A stretch of 62,675 bases of DNA, counting the filler, from Choristocarpus tenellus KU-1152 (Eukaryota > Protista > Phaeophyceae): the NCBI GenBank assembly GCA_964200185.2. It is 9 parts of 9 records of this genome, joined end to end, with 100 filler letters (N's around TTAATTAATTAA, not from the genome) between each part and the next. Parts side by side here need not be neighbours in the genome. Positions count along the whole stretch, not along the records: positions 14,677 to 28,018 come from CAXNAD020001517.1; positions 28,119 to 32,820 come from CAXNAD020013405.1; positions 32,921 to 39,798 come from CAXNAD020007154.1; 6 more parts are not named here. The stretch is one strand, 5' to 3'. Shown here in pieces: positions 21,946-33,112 of the stretch. The first letter of the stretch is position 1. Each line of letters starts with the position of its first letter. The notes under the pieces were generated by a model. The model saw only the letters and a program-made list of their open reading frames with translations, was not told the origin of the DNA and made no database searches. The position numbers were made by a program, and so were the translations under genes.

Positions 21946-23760
21946 ATGCCGGGAGGGGTGGGCAGTTGCCAACAAGAGGGTTGCGATGTCCACGCAACGT
22001 TTGGGTTGGAGGGCAAGGATCCAATACACTGTGCGCGACATAAGTCTGCGGGCATGATCGATGTGGTTCACCGCAGCTGTGAGACGGAAGGATGCAGGAC
22101 ACGGCCCACGTTTGGGAAACCAGGTGGAAAGCCAATCCACTGCAGCAAACACAAGTCACCTGATATGGTGGATGTTAGGAATAGTCGTTGTGCCATGGAA
22201 GGCTGTAATAAAAACCCCAGCTTCGCACCTGCTGGCAAGACGACTCCAGTTAGATGTGGCGAGCACAAACTTGAGGGTATGTTGAACGTCAGGAAACCGG
22301 CGTGTAATCACGAGAGTGGATGCAAGACCCAGGCAAGCTTCGGTCCTGTGGCCGGAAATCCGTCACGATGCGCCGCGCACAGGACCGAACACATGGTTGA
22401 TGTCAAGAACCACTCTCGATTTTGCCAGGAAAAGGGATGCTGGAAAGAAAAGACGTGCGGTTTCCCGGAAGGAAGAAGGGCAGTTTGCCTTGATCACAAG
22501 GCCAAGGGAATGATTAAGTTTCCCCCTGGTTATCGCTACCTTGGGTCGACGCCCAGGAAGAGAAAGTCGAGGAGTGGTGGACAAGGCACTGAGGTCAATA
22601 GCGCCAGCACCAACATTGTTGGAGGTGTCATTCAGGCTACAGGCATTTCTTCTCCCCCAACGAGTCGACCAAGGATTGAAAGCACTGATCCGTTGACAAA
22701 GGTCGCGGGTTTAGAAGGTCAAATTGGAGGATCGACGGAGATCGCAGGGTTGAAGGAGATTAGCGGTGGCGGGAACGTAAGTGGGGCTGGGGGTGGTGTA
22801 GGTGTGGGGGTTATGGGCGCCGAAGCAGGAGTTGCAACCGCAAGCATTGGAAGTGCAGGTGGAGATATTTTGACCGCGGTTGAAGCGGTGGTAGCAGGAT
22901 CAGCTAGGGCAGACCAGACGCTTGTTGGCAGCAACATGATCCAGAGCACTGGCTTAAGCACGGACACAATTGCCCTTTCCAGTACAGGCTCTGGTATCGC
23001 TCCTGTCAGAACTGGTGGCTTAGTCGACCCCAGTGCCGACGCCAACACTGGCACAAGTACCAGCACCAGTCCCATCCCCACACCAGGGACCAATAGCTAC
23101 TATATTCCTAGCTCCACTGTTGCTAACATCACTGCAATGGAGTCATGGCTGGCCACCCATCAGGCAGCAGGGATGGTGACAGGGACAGGATTTGTTGGGG
23201 CCCTCCCAGGTGTTATGGGAACTGGATCTGTTGGTGAAATTTCAGGAGTTGAAGGGGTTGGTCCAGTTGCTGGTGTGCTAGGCAATGAGGGAAATGAAAA
23301 CGGTGGAGTCAGGACTGGTGAAATTGTAGCGGGCTCCAGTGTTACTACCTCTGTTGATATAGGTGTGGCAGCAGTAAGCACCAGTAGTGGCGATAATATT
23401 GCACTCAGCACCACCAGGGGCATTGATAGCAACTCTGGTACAACAGTAGTGACTGCACAGGAAAATACACTAATCACTGCTCATGGCAGCAGTATCCATG
23501 TTGATTCAAGTACTGAAGGAGGTGCTGTGGGAAATGGGATGCCCAGCAGCTTGGTCAGCAACAGCACGGACTTACCAATCAGTGGGGGGGGAGGATTGGA
23601 GGGCCTTGCTGCCGTGGGGACACAAGTTGTGGACAGCATTTCTGAGGAGAGAGGAGGGAATGATGGTAGTGGAGGCAACAGCAGCCGGGCAGGGGGAGGT
23701 GATGATGGCCCCACAATGTTGGAGATGGAGACTGCTATGGAACTGGGGAACGAGGTATAA
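21946..23760 (+). CDS. EsV-1-7 cysteine/histidine repeat protein (5 repeats), basic NLS-like motif and long G/S/T-rich low-complexity tail; intronless, about 604 aa
   Basis: Five C-x4/5-C-x5-(F)-x8/9-C-x2-H-x4-M units, then PRKRKSR. First ATG is at 21946; the ORF track starts at an upstream GTG. Confidence 0.88.
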   Translation: MPGGVGSCQQEGCDVHATFGLEGKDPIHCARHKSAGMIDVVHRSCETEGCRTRPTFGKPGGKPIHCSKHKSPDMVDVRNSRCAMEGCNKNPSFAPAGKTTPVRCGEHKLEGMLNVRKPACNHESGCKTQASFGPVAGNPSRCAAHRTEHMVDVKNHSRFCQEKGCWKEKTCGFPEGRRAVCLDHKAKGMIKFPPGYRYLGSTPRKRKSRSGGQGTEVNSASTNIVGGVIQATGISSPPTSRPRIESTDPLTKVAGLEGQIGGSTEIAGLKEISGGGNVSGAGGGVGVGVMGAEAGVATASIGSAGGDILTAVEAVVAGSARADQTLVGSNMIQSTGLSTDTIALSSTGSGIAPVRTGGLVDPSADANTGTSTSTSPIPTPGTNSYYIPSSTVANITAMESWLATHQAAGMVTGTGFVGALPGVMGTGSVGEISGVEGVGPVAGVLGNEGNENGGVRTGEIVAGSSVTTSVDIGVAAVSTSSGDNIALSTTRGIDSNSGTTVVTAQENTLITAHGSSIHVDSSTEGGAVGNGMPSSLVSNSTDLPISGGGGLEGLAAVGTQVVDSISEERGGNDGSGGNSSRAGGGDDGPTMLEMETAMELGNEV

Positions 23761-25799
23761 TAGGCCTTTGTGATATATCTTTGATGTCTCCCCTTGTGCT
23801 TTCCTTGTTTCTCTTAATTGCATTTGCCTACCATTGAAGAACAAGGGTCTCCATATCCCTGAAATGTGTAGTTGATTGTTTGTGTGTGCTGCACTATTAT
23901 AGTCTGAAGGTATTGTACTCTCTGTTGCAAGGACAAGACCTGTGGATGTTTTTTTTCCCCAGCGTAGTGCATCATCAGTTTGTCAGAATTTCCTTGCAAG
24001 TCGAGAGCGGAAAAAAGAGGTTATTGAACCGGCTGCAGTAATGGGCTGCACTCTACTCCACTGCAGAGAACCATTTACTGGTGGTTTGTTGGAGGGTGAT
24101 ATCGTTTTGAGGAAATTGCATATGGGGCCAAGAGGCAAGACAAAAAAGAGCTTTACCTGAAAATTCACGTGCCCAGTACTCTCTCTCTCTCCCTCTTTTT
24201 GGAAGTTTAAAAAAAAGGTTTTGCTTGCATTTATGGAAATGGGATTTCTAAAGCTTTCACTACTTGATGTTTTCGGATGCTTTTTGCATCAAAATAACTA
24301 TGCCCTTTGCCCCTCCTCTATATATGGAGCTCCCATACAGTTGAATAGATCGCCTTGCACCTACCCATTCCCCCCTCACCCACCTCCTTCCTTTTATATT
24401 CATCCCCCCCTCCCCCATGTCTACAGACACTGCTGAATGGAAAACATAAGACAATTGGTCCACCTAATCCTGTCCTTGACTCCACCAAGCAAGCAGAAGC
24501 TAAGAAGGGTGAAGGCTGTGTGGTTTAGTAAGACTCAGGAAGAACAGGGAGATGGAAGAATTGACCCACCATCAGTGATACTGAAAGGAAGGTCACCCCA
24601 AATTGTCGTCAATGTCCCACTTGTGCCCCCCCTATGTACTGGCACTTGAGATGATGCTGTGCCTAGTTGGTATTTAGATTGATCAGCTAGATATATGACT
24701 GACCCTTCCCCCACCACTCTACAGTACTTAAAGACTTACCCTGCTGGGGCTGCCTGAACTGCCCTTGACTAGCCCCTGAAGTGTCTGTATTGTAGCCAGA
24801 AGCAAAGAACTCTTATTTTTCATAGAGGTTCTTGACCCGCATTCTCAGCACCTTCCGGCGCCTCTTGAGCTAGTAGTTGTGCTACTCAATATGTTGTGTG
24901 TATATCTTTTACACCATGCACTATACCAACCAACTGAGTTGTACGTGCCCAAATTGAAGGGTTGAGGAAAGAGATGTTTGTTTGTTGCAAGGAGAACATG
25001 ACTGACTCTATGGCCGTACTATGTGGCTGATGCAGAGGCAGTTTATGGTCTAACTGTGAATTTTATTTTTGTGTGCCATGCCATGTCAAGCCATATACCT
25101 CTCAATCAATCTTGCAGCACCACCCACCCACCCACCCACCCACCCACCCAATATTTTTTTGTGTGTCAAATCGCTTTTAGGATGGGTATGTAGTAGTTGC
25201 CAGGCGTTTCTTCTGTACTGGTGAAGCAGAAGTGAGGGTTAGGGGGGCTCAGATTGTTATAGGGGGGTCTTTGTACTCTAGCCTGTCCATTTGTGGATAT
25301 GGCGTGAAATTCAAGACCTGTTTGGTTTGCTGAGGGGCAAACTTGGGAAGGCACAGTCTTATATATTTTATTTTTTTTGACAATGGTCCATTATTACAAT
25401 CCCACAGTTGATTGCCCACCTTGACACATAATATGCTCCTGTATGCCCCTGTAGTGTTTTTCTCTTGTTTCCTTAACAAATTGGGTATATGTATATATTT
25501 GGGGTAGACGTATATCAATATTGTTGTGCAGAGGGTGTGCCTGCCTGTGTGCCTGCTGGACTTCCTGACTGCCCGCCTGCATGCCTGTTGGTGTATTTTC
25601 TGTGTCTGTTGGTGTGTGTGTGTGTGTGTGTGATTTTGTGTCACTGGAATATAATTAATGAGAATAGACCAGTCTCCTTTAAAACGTACATACTGAGATC
25701 TGCCATCTATCTCTCCCAACTATTAATATCACCATGAAAGAAAGGAGATGTTGCCCTTATTGTTCTGAGCAGGATTGTGTAACACAAGAAGTGTCTACA

Positions 25800-25804
<5 letters not shown>

Positions 25805-25840
<36 letters not shown>

Positions 25841-25849
25841 CGTGCGTGC
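25805..25849. repeat. (TG)n/(TGCG)n microsatellite
   Basis: Direct reading. Confidence 0.95.
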
Positions 25850-27453
25850 ATGGTAGCAATGGGACAGGTGTTTTATCAATTGAGGCTAGTGCTCTTCAGG
25901 GACAAGATTTTTCCTAGTCTTGAAGCCGAAGGTTGTCAGGTGCCGGTATGTCTGATGACAATGACAGAGGGAGGGGATTGGTAGGGGGACAGGGCACCAA
26001 CTCAAAACTCAAGCTAATGGTAATATCTAGGGTAATATTTAGAGGTTTCAGTATAATCGCCAATACAGTAGAACTAAGAAAATACTCCGAAAGGTTTACG
26101 TGGAATTATACTTGTGCACTGTTTGAGATAAATGCATAGCTCCATACTGTGCCATTAACTGTTCATTTCCATTGCGCTCAATCTACCTGTATCTTGTGAA
26201 GTTGGTACCAAGTGGGGGAGATGACACCAGAGCAGTGTGGAAGATGTGGTGGGAGGGAAATACAATGGGAGTCACCGGTTGCTTGAAGTGGTATCACCGA
26301 TCGTGTAGATGCAAGTAGGTACGATGCATCGCATGTCAGCCTCAGCAGTGCCTGCGTGCCCAGGGCAGCTTCTGGGGGAGGAGGCATTTCCTTGATTTTG
26401 GCAGGCATGCCACACAAGAGCAATCAGTGTACCACCTTCTTTGCACTCATAATTGTGAGGTCTGTGTACTGCAACTCCCCCGAACCCAGCTATATTATTT
26501 AGGCACAGAATAAGGGTTGGCTTTCTGTTGCCCACTTTTCTTGTTGCTTGTTTCTGAGGTCAAGTTCATCGTTCTTTTGCAGCTTGATTTGGGGTTGATT
26601 GAGAAGGGTTGAAAGAGTGGTATTCAGAGGAGTGGAGGGAGTAAATTTCATGGTATAGCGCAACAGTTAGTCAGCGGTCCTCCAGTGAAATGGTGCAGTG
26701 TGTAGTGCCTCTGACCACGGGTCAGGATAATCCCCAGACTACTGAACGTGATGGAAATAAAATGATACTTGACTTGCTCACTCAACACATAAATAATAGT
26801 GAGGTTAAGTATCGTGTACCATAAGACCTTGATTTAGAGGAAGGGCATACTGATGGACTCCACAAAATATACAATGGCGAGGAGAGGACACTTCATCGTG
26901 TTGTGGAAAGTAGGAAGCAGGACCTACCCAATAGCCCACAAGCAAGAGAAAAAGAGTTTTTGATGAGAGGGAGAGGCATGTGAAGGCAACCTCTCCGTTC
27001 CTTTATAACTCTTCTCGGTAGGAAAAAAAATAGAAGCGAAGAATATACTCTGGAGTAGTGATGGAATGTGTAGTGTGGCATGGGTGTTTTGCTCATTTAC
27101 TCTTTTCATGTTGCAAGGTGTACTATAAATGTTAATATAATATTATACTTCTTGGAGGATGGAGCTTTAAGGGGTTTTTGGTGCCCAGAAGTAGATCTTC
27201 CTAAACCTTTTGAAACAGAGAGGATTTTGGTGTTGAATGAGGTTTGTGCTGGACACCAAAAGGAGGTGATCCAGCGTGTGTAACTTGCTTTTTCAAGTGG
27301 AGTGGTGGCTTTAACTGCTGCAGGCACCAAACCGTTTAGTGCTACATACACCGTAAAGTGGTTCATATAGGTGTTGGTATGTGACGTCAACTTATGGGCT
27401 CAAGATCCTACCAATATATGACCCTTAATAAAATAGCTGAAAGACATCCTTCA

Positions 27454-27680
27454 CCTCATAAAAGCGGATCAAGATAATGGTGGATGGATCATTTCATGGA
27501 GGACGGATTTTTCCCAAAATGGTGCGCGGAAAGTGCCCGTATGTTTTTTTTTTAAGGGCCCCTTTTTGAATGGGAATCCATGCAAAAACATATGGGCACT
27601 TTCCGCGCACCATTTTAGGAAAAATCCATCCTCCATGAAATGATCCATCCGCCATTATCTTGATCCGCTGTTTCATGAGG
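27454..27680. mobile_element. Fold-back/palindromic MITE-like element
   Basis: About 90-bp arms: AGCGGATCAAGATAATGG...GTGCGCGGAAAGTGCCCGTATGTTTTT pairs with AAAAACATATGGGCACTTTCCGCGCAC...CCATTATCTTGATCCGCT around a loop of about 35 nt. Confidence 0.85.
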
Positions 27681-27970
27681 GTATATAAACTCCAGTCAGT
27701 GTCGTTCATCCACAATCATATATGGTCAAATGTCGTATCATGTTGATACTTCCTTGTAAAGCACTCGCAGAGCTATATTAAAAGACTTCAAAGAAAGTAT
27801 CGATTGATGTGTATAGACCTCTACTGGAAAGTGGGAGTGAGATCGAAGATCAAATGTTTCCACAAAAAGCACTTTGGAGGTGCTAAACATGCACGGACAT
27901 TCATTCGCACTTCAACTTTCCCTTTTTAGTTGGCACAAAACACGTCACGCCTACAACAACTATTCCTTGT

Positions 27971-28018
27971 GACCCAAAGATTCTGGTGGGGGGGGGGGGC
28001 GGGCTTCACCAGGGTGTC
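27971..28018. mobile_element. MITE family B terminus at contig end
   Basis: GACCCAAAGATTCTGG-poly(G)-CACCAGGGTGTC is the reverse complement of the family B right end. Confidence 0.65.
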
Positions 28019-28118
28019 NNNNNNNNNNNNNNNNNNNNNNNNNNNNNNNNNNNNNNNNNNNNTTAATTAATTAANNNNNNNNNNNNNNNNNNNNNNNNNN
28101 NNNNNNNNNNNNNNNNNN
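28019..28118. other. Artificial contig spacer
   Basis: Same linker. Confidence 0.98.
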
Positions 28119-28204
28119 AAAAAAATGAAAATGCCCTCTCCCCCGTTTCTACCCCAAAAGACACCCTAGTGTTACCCCCCCCCCCCCCCAGATACTTTGG
28201 GCCC
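28119..28204. mobile_element. MITE family B right end at contig start
   Basis: GACACCCTAGTGTTA-poly(C)-AGATACTTTGGGCC. Confidence 0.75.
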
Positions 28205-28717
28205 TTACCCTCCATGTTACTCTGTGCCAAAATCACTTGAGAAATACAAAAGAACATGGAGGTTTGAACTGGCATCGATAAAAATCGATCACATCCAACA
28301 TTTTGTGATTAAATGATAACCAACAACTCTTAACTAATTATTCAGTTATTCCGTGCATCTTTTGCATGCACTTGTGCCTCTGAGAACTCCTTTTTGTATT
28401 GTGAGTCCTTTGATTCGATTCTAGGAAAAAATTGATTGATTCTAGAAAACAAACATTTATGTAGAAGACATGCGCACACACATTTACAATGAAAAAAAAT
28501 GTTGATCTTGAATTGTTTCTCCTCTGGTGGGGCCATAACCGGCAGGGAGCCTATTTTCTCATGGCTATGCTGCTCATAGTGCAACCAGACACTATGACAT
28601 TCACAAATGATCACTATTTACTGGTGAAAGAGCTGAACTAATTTTAGTTTAGGTCACAAGTCCTATCGGTTCACAACTCTCGAAGAACGCTACTCCTCTG
28701 TAGATTGAGATATTATT

Positions 28718-28946
28718 TAACCAAAACTTGTTTGATGAAAAAAACTGATTTATTTAGGAACTCTGGGGCCCCCTTTTGTCTGGTGTTCACATGAAAATAG
28801 ACCCTCGACAGAATCACTGTATCCCTATGTAGAAAAAGAATTTCATAACCAAAACTTGTTTGAAGAAAAAAACTGATACATTTAGGAACTCTGGGACTCT
28901 CTTATCTGGTGTTCGCACAGAAATTACCCCTTGACAGAATCACTGT
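28718..28946. repeat. Diverged direct duplication of about 100 bp (28718-28820 and 28846-28946), intronic
   Basis: TAACCAAAACTTGTTTGA...ATTTAGGAACTCTGGG...GACAGAATCACTGT occurs twice. Confidence 0.9.
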
Positions 28947-29160
28947 TGATAGGCCGATTTCCAACACATGTCCAGGCGTGCTCAGAAAACCACCATATAC
29001 CTCGGATTACCCCATCATTTAGGGCATAGAAACAGGGGTAGAGTTCCAGATTATTGATAGTTTCGCCTCTATTCTACTCCAGGTCAACAGCTTTCCCTTG
29101 TATACCTCTCTATTCTCTAGCCCTCTCTCACCAGATACCACTACAACACACAAGACTCAC

Positions 29161-31364
29161 CTGCCCTAGAGCACTTGCAGTTATGTTACCATCAATCCCA
29201 AACACACCAGTTGGGTCCTGCGACTCAATTGGCATTCCAAACCCAGAAGGAAATTCCAGTTGCAGCGTCCCATTGCTTGGCCAAGGGTTGGTCAGATTCA
29301 AGGAGATCTCAATTATAACCTCTGTGGCTCCTGCCACAATGCTACTGGGCGTCACCAAGGGGTTATACCGGAATGCTCCTGCTGTTATAGTGACCTGCAG
29401 TGCAGAGGGCTCAACTACTGAGATGGAGTGGATGTTGACACAGTTCAATAGATGGGCACAAGATATTTCAAGCTGGCATATTCTTTGCAAGAAAGCTGAC
29501 TAAAGCCCCCTCCTCTCACCTCAGCTGGCACCATGTCTCGGTTGTATGTCGATGAGGCCTCATCAATGACTTCACCAACACTCCCATTCCGAGAAAGTAC
29601 AAAAGCGAATGCTCCTGTGCCTCCAGAGACCCTTGGGTTGATCAATCCCTGAATGAATAATGAGAGCTGACTACCACCAGGTATTTCTTCAACCTCTCCT
29701 GTTCTCGAGATGGTTACATTAGATCCTATTCCCCATCCCACTAATGAACCATCTACCCCAACACCTGATCCTACACCAATGACTGTAATACTGCCCTGAG
29801 GCAGCTCAAAACTGCTGGGAAAACCAATCTCTAACTCCCCCCAAGGAGGCAGTGGGTTTCCCAGAGTAAGGTTGATATTTGTCACTACATCATCTCCTGC
29901 AACAGAGCTTGACAGAATAACCTCTGGTGCAGAACCATGAAATGATCCTGGTAAGATAAGTACACCTGGGGGGAGGCTGGAAAATGGAGCTTCATCCAGA
30001 ATATCTCCTCCATCATCGCTAGAAGCATATATTGCTAGGGAGGGGAAAGTGCCTGATTCTCCACTAATGGTTGGGTTTGTGAGACCAGACAGCTTGAACC
30101 TTAAGTAAGTACCCTTGGAAACCTCTGAGGCTAAAACACCTCCTGATCGGGTCACATTTACTTCCTGCGCAGTTGCAAATTTGGAGGGCGGGTTCATTGG
30201 AGTGTCGGTGTAGTGGAAGGTTGAAGATCTTTTCCCCACATTACTATAGGGTTAGGCACTAACAGAAAAGGGATGCATATCCATTGACCTGAGTATTGGT
30301 TGTGAACTTCATTCTACGAGGAGAAGCAAATGATGACACATGGTGCTGAATTCTTCTCGGGATATTAAAAAATATTCCTCAGTAGCCAAGAAATAGATCC
30401 GGTTGCTATGCCAAAGCATAGTGAGAGGGCCTGAGCACAACATCTATCCCCAACAAAAGGAATAGAATAGACTCCACCAGCTATACATAGGTGCATGCAC
30501 AGACACACAACCTGACCTTCCCTTGCCCATAGGCCGTGAGTGTTCCATCGAGCTCTCCCACGAGTGATTTTACACCCCCATCCCACTCTCCTTCTGGAAC
30601 GGAAAACCCTGTAGGAAACTCCAGGACAATCTTTGAGAAAGTCGAGCAGCATACAAGTGGCAAGGATTCGCCATAGTGAGTGGCAATTGAAGTAGCAAAG
30701 GGCATACGTCGTCCCATGAACATTCTTCATCTTTGGTTGATAAATCACTAATCCAGGAGCAGGAAATACAACAAGCGCGTATCTTCACTAGCACTTAAAA
30801 ACATGTTGTTATCCAACTTCCCGTTGGGACCTTGGCGAAAGGCAGGCAGTTGAACATTCATTGGTGGAAGCTCCAGCACCTGGGCCTTCTGAGGGAGGGG
30901 CTCTCTTAGGGTAAATGAGACTGTAGCTGAGACTCCGGAAGCCCCAGCGGCCCAGCTATCTGTTACCACAGTGGCGTCTGTGATATTTCCGCCCACGTCA
31001 TCAGCTAAGCGCCTTTGATGTCCATGTCGAGTACCACTTGGTTCTTTTCACAGAGGAACGCATACGACAGGTGCTGAAGTAAAACAAGGTGATGACACCT
31101 CTAGGGCATATAAACTGCTAGGCTTCGATTTGAGCACAGGTGTCATATAAAATTTGCTTTTATGCGAACGTGGGAGATGAGAGACTTGAGGAGAACATAG
31201 TTCCAAAGATGGATACTTGATATCTCGTTGCTAGCAAATTGAGTCTTACCACCAGGATCCTGTGCGTTCCAGGCCCCTCCTCCGGCAGCTGTGGTATTTA
31301 CAAACAGAAAAATACTCAAACCCAGGAAGGACAACATGATTCGATGAGCTGGAGAAATATCCAT
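29161..31364 (-). CDS. Large secreted or surface protein with tandem beta-rich repeats of about 145 aa, 3'-partial; exons 31364-31250, 31043-30880, 30630-30517, 30164-29520, 29394-29161
   Basis: Signal peptide MLSFLGLSIFLFVNTTAA, an RRL motif, then at least 3 repeats of AG...L-x-[NE]-P-[LW]-P...FP-x-x-F...DG...V-x-RxG...GLxNPxxSGxxGxF. Splice phases are consistent. Confidence 0.8.
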
Positions 31365-31712
31365 TCCCCCCGACCAAGGGATAGGAAGTGATCCGGTGGT
31401 GGACCTTTCGGGATCCCTCAGTCCGCGTTACCTTTTCTGGATAAGGTGATGACAATAGGTTCATCGAGCAGGAGTAGAGGACACAATCCTCTCACATTTC
31501 TGGATGTGTTGAGATTCCTGCCATCAAATGCTTGTTTGAGCTTGACAACAGCCACATCGATGTTTGAGGGACGCCATCCCAACACCGACCAACCCAATAC
31601 AACCAAAACATAAGATACACGTTACCAATAAAAAAGGTAAAAACAATAAATTTTGAAAACTGGAGTTTGAAAGTAGTAGGTTGTGAGTTGTCACCATCAA
31701 GTTGAGTAGGTT

Positions 31713-32360
31713 ATGGGTTTATCAGCGAGCGAGGCAGTCCTAAGTGAGGATGGCCCTGCACATAGATTCATCCAGGGTAATGACTATCTACTCAATGGTA
31801 TACACCGATGGGCCCTGGACGTGGGGGAGTGGGATCTCTCTGAAGCTCAGGTAGGCTCATGTTGTAGAGCAAGAGGTACACCTGAGAACATCAAGGTGTA
31901 ATATATCATTGCTGCATGCTAATGGTGTTATCCATACATCTGATCGCGTGCAACTAGATGAAAACCTGGGCTAGGTTGATTTGTACTAGTCTCTACACCA
32001 TGAGTGTGTCTGTCTTACAAAACCATACCCCCCAGTGGGAGGTTCTGTTGTCTCTACTCCCCTCCATGGAGAGATCTCGTGTGGAGCGTTTCATTCGTGA
32101 TAACGATCGCCGACTCGCCCTGGCCAGCCGAATTTTGCAGCGGTCTCTGGTGGTACAGGTATGAACACTTCAATGATCGGTCTGGGCAGTCCAGTTGCTG
32201 ACCGATCATTTTGTATTGATTCCCAGACGCTCGTGTATGGAGCAACCATACCCCCCCTCCCTGCAGGGTCCGCCGTCGACCTTCCTATATGTACTCTCCC
32301 GTATCATTCCAGGTCTTCTCCTTGGATTTTGATGAGGTCGAGATCGCCCGGACACGAGAG
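31713..32360 (+). CDS. Sfp/AASDHPPT-type 4'-phosphopantetheinyl transferase, 3'-partial; exons 31713-31850, 32036-32158, 32313-32360
   Basis: RWALDVGEW...WEVLLSLLPSMERSRVERF...DRRLALASRILQR...EIARTRE matches the N-terminal half of eukaryotic Sfp-type PPTases. Confidence 0.82.
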
Positions 32361-32640
32361 GTGAGCTCCGACAATGAAATGTGGGAGGTCATAGGAGTTC
32401 CGCCTTGACAGAAATCGCTGTCGACCATGCACCGCATCACGAGTTGCATTGACCCAACATAGTACCTTGTGAAACCTAAAATTTGCTGCATCTTTGCCAA
32501 GTGTTGGTGGACATGTTAGGTTTGTGTGTGGTGGAACCAACGCACTACTTTTGCACACGTCAACCTTAGGAGGAACTTCGGGAGGCGTTGGTGCCCTAGA
32601 CTACCCAACTATTCCTATTTCGAAGTCGGAGACCTGAATT

Positions 32641-32810
32641 GGCTCAACGTATCTGGGAGGGGGTAGAAGCTGTCCATTTGGGGTCGAATTTTCATGTCGC
32701 GACTTTTGGGTGATTTGGTTGCATACTTCAGATGGATAATGTAAATACACTTTTCCTGATTTTGCCCCAAATGGACACCCTGGTGTAGACCCCCCCCCCC
32801 CTTGATCCTT
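32641..32810. mobile_element. MITE family B
   Basis: GGCTCAACGTATCTGGGAGGGGG...GTCCATTTGGGG...CCCCAAATGGACACCCTGGTGTAGA-poly(C). Confidence 0.85.
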
Positions 32811-32820
32811 GGTGTAAATT

Positions 32821-32920
32821 NNNNNNNNNNNNNNNNNNNNNNNNNNNNNNNNNNNNNNNNNNNNTTAATTAATTAANNNNNNNNNNNNNNNNNNNNNNNN
32901 NNNNNNNNNNNNNNNNNNNN
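32821..32920. other. Artificial contig spacer
   Basis: Same linker. The genes on both sides (PPTase, thiolase) are truncated at their 3' ends, so the contigs are not adjacent. Confidence 0.98.
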
Positions 32921-33112
32921 CTACCTCCCCCCCCCCCCCCTTAATTTTTTTTCCCTTCCCCCCCCCCCCCCCCCCCCCCCCTACCACACTCTCCGTTTGA
33001 CACTACTCCCACAAAGGTTTCATGGTTTCCACTTCAAATTTGTTATGAGCTATCTCCTTCCGTCCACTCGTTGTGACCTCAAACCCTTCCTCTCATTTCT
33101 CTCCCAGTTCAC

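Noticed and set aside
22719-23714. Antisense ORFs over the EsV-1-7 gene
   Set aside because: Shadow frames of GC-rich low-complexity coding sequence.
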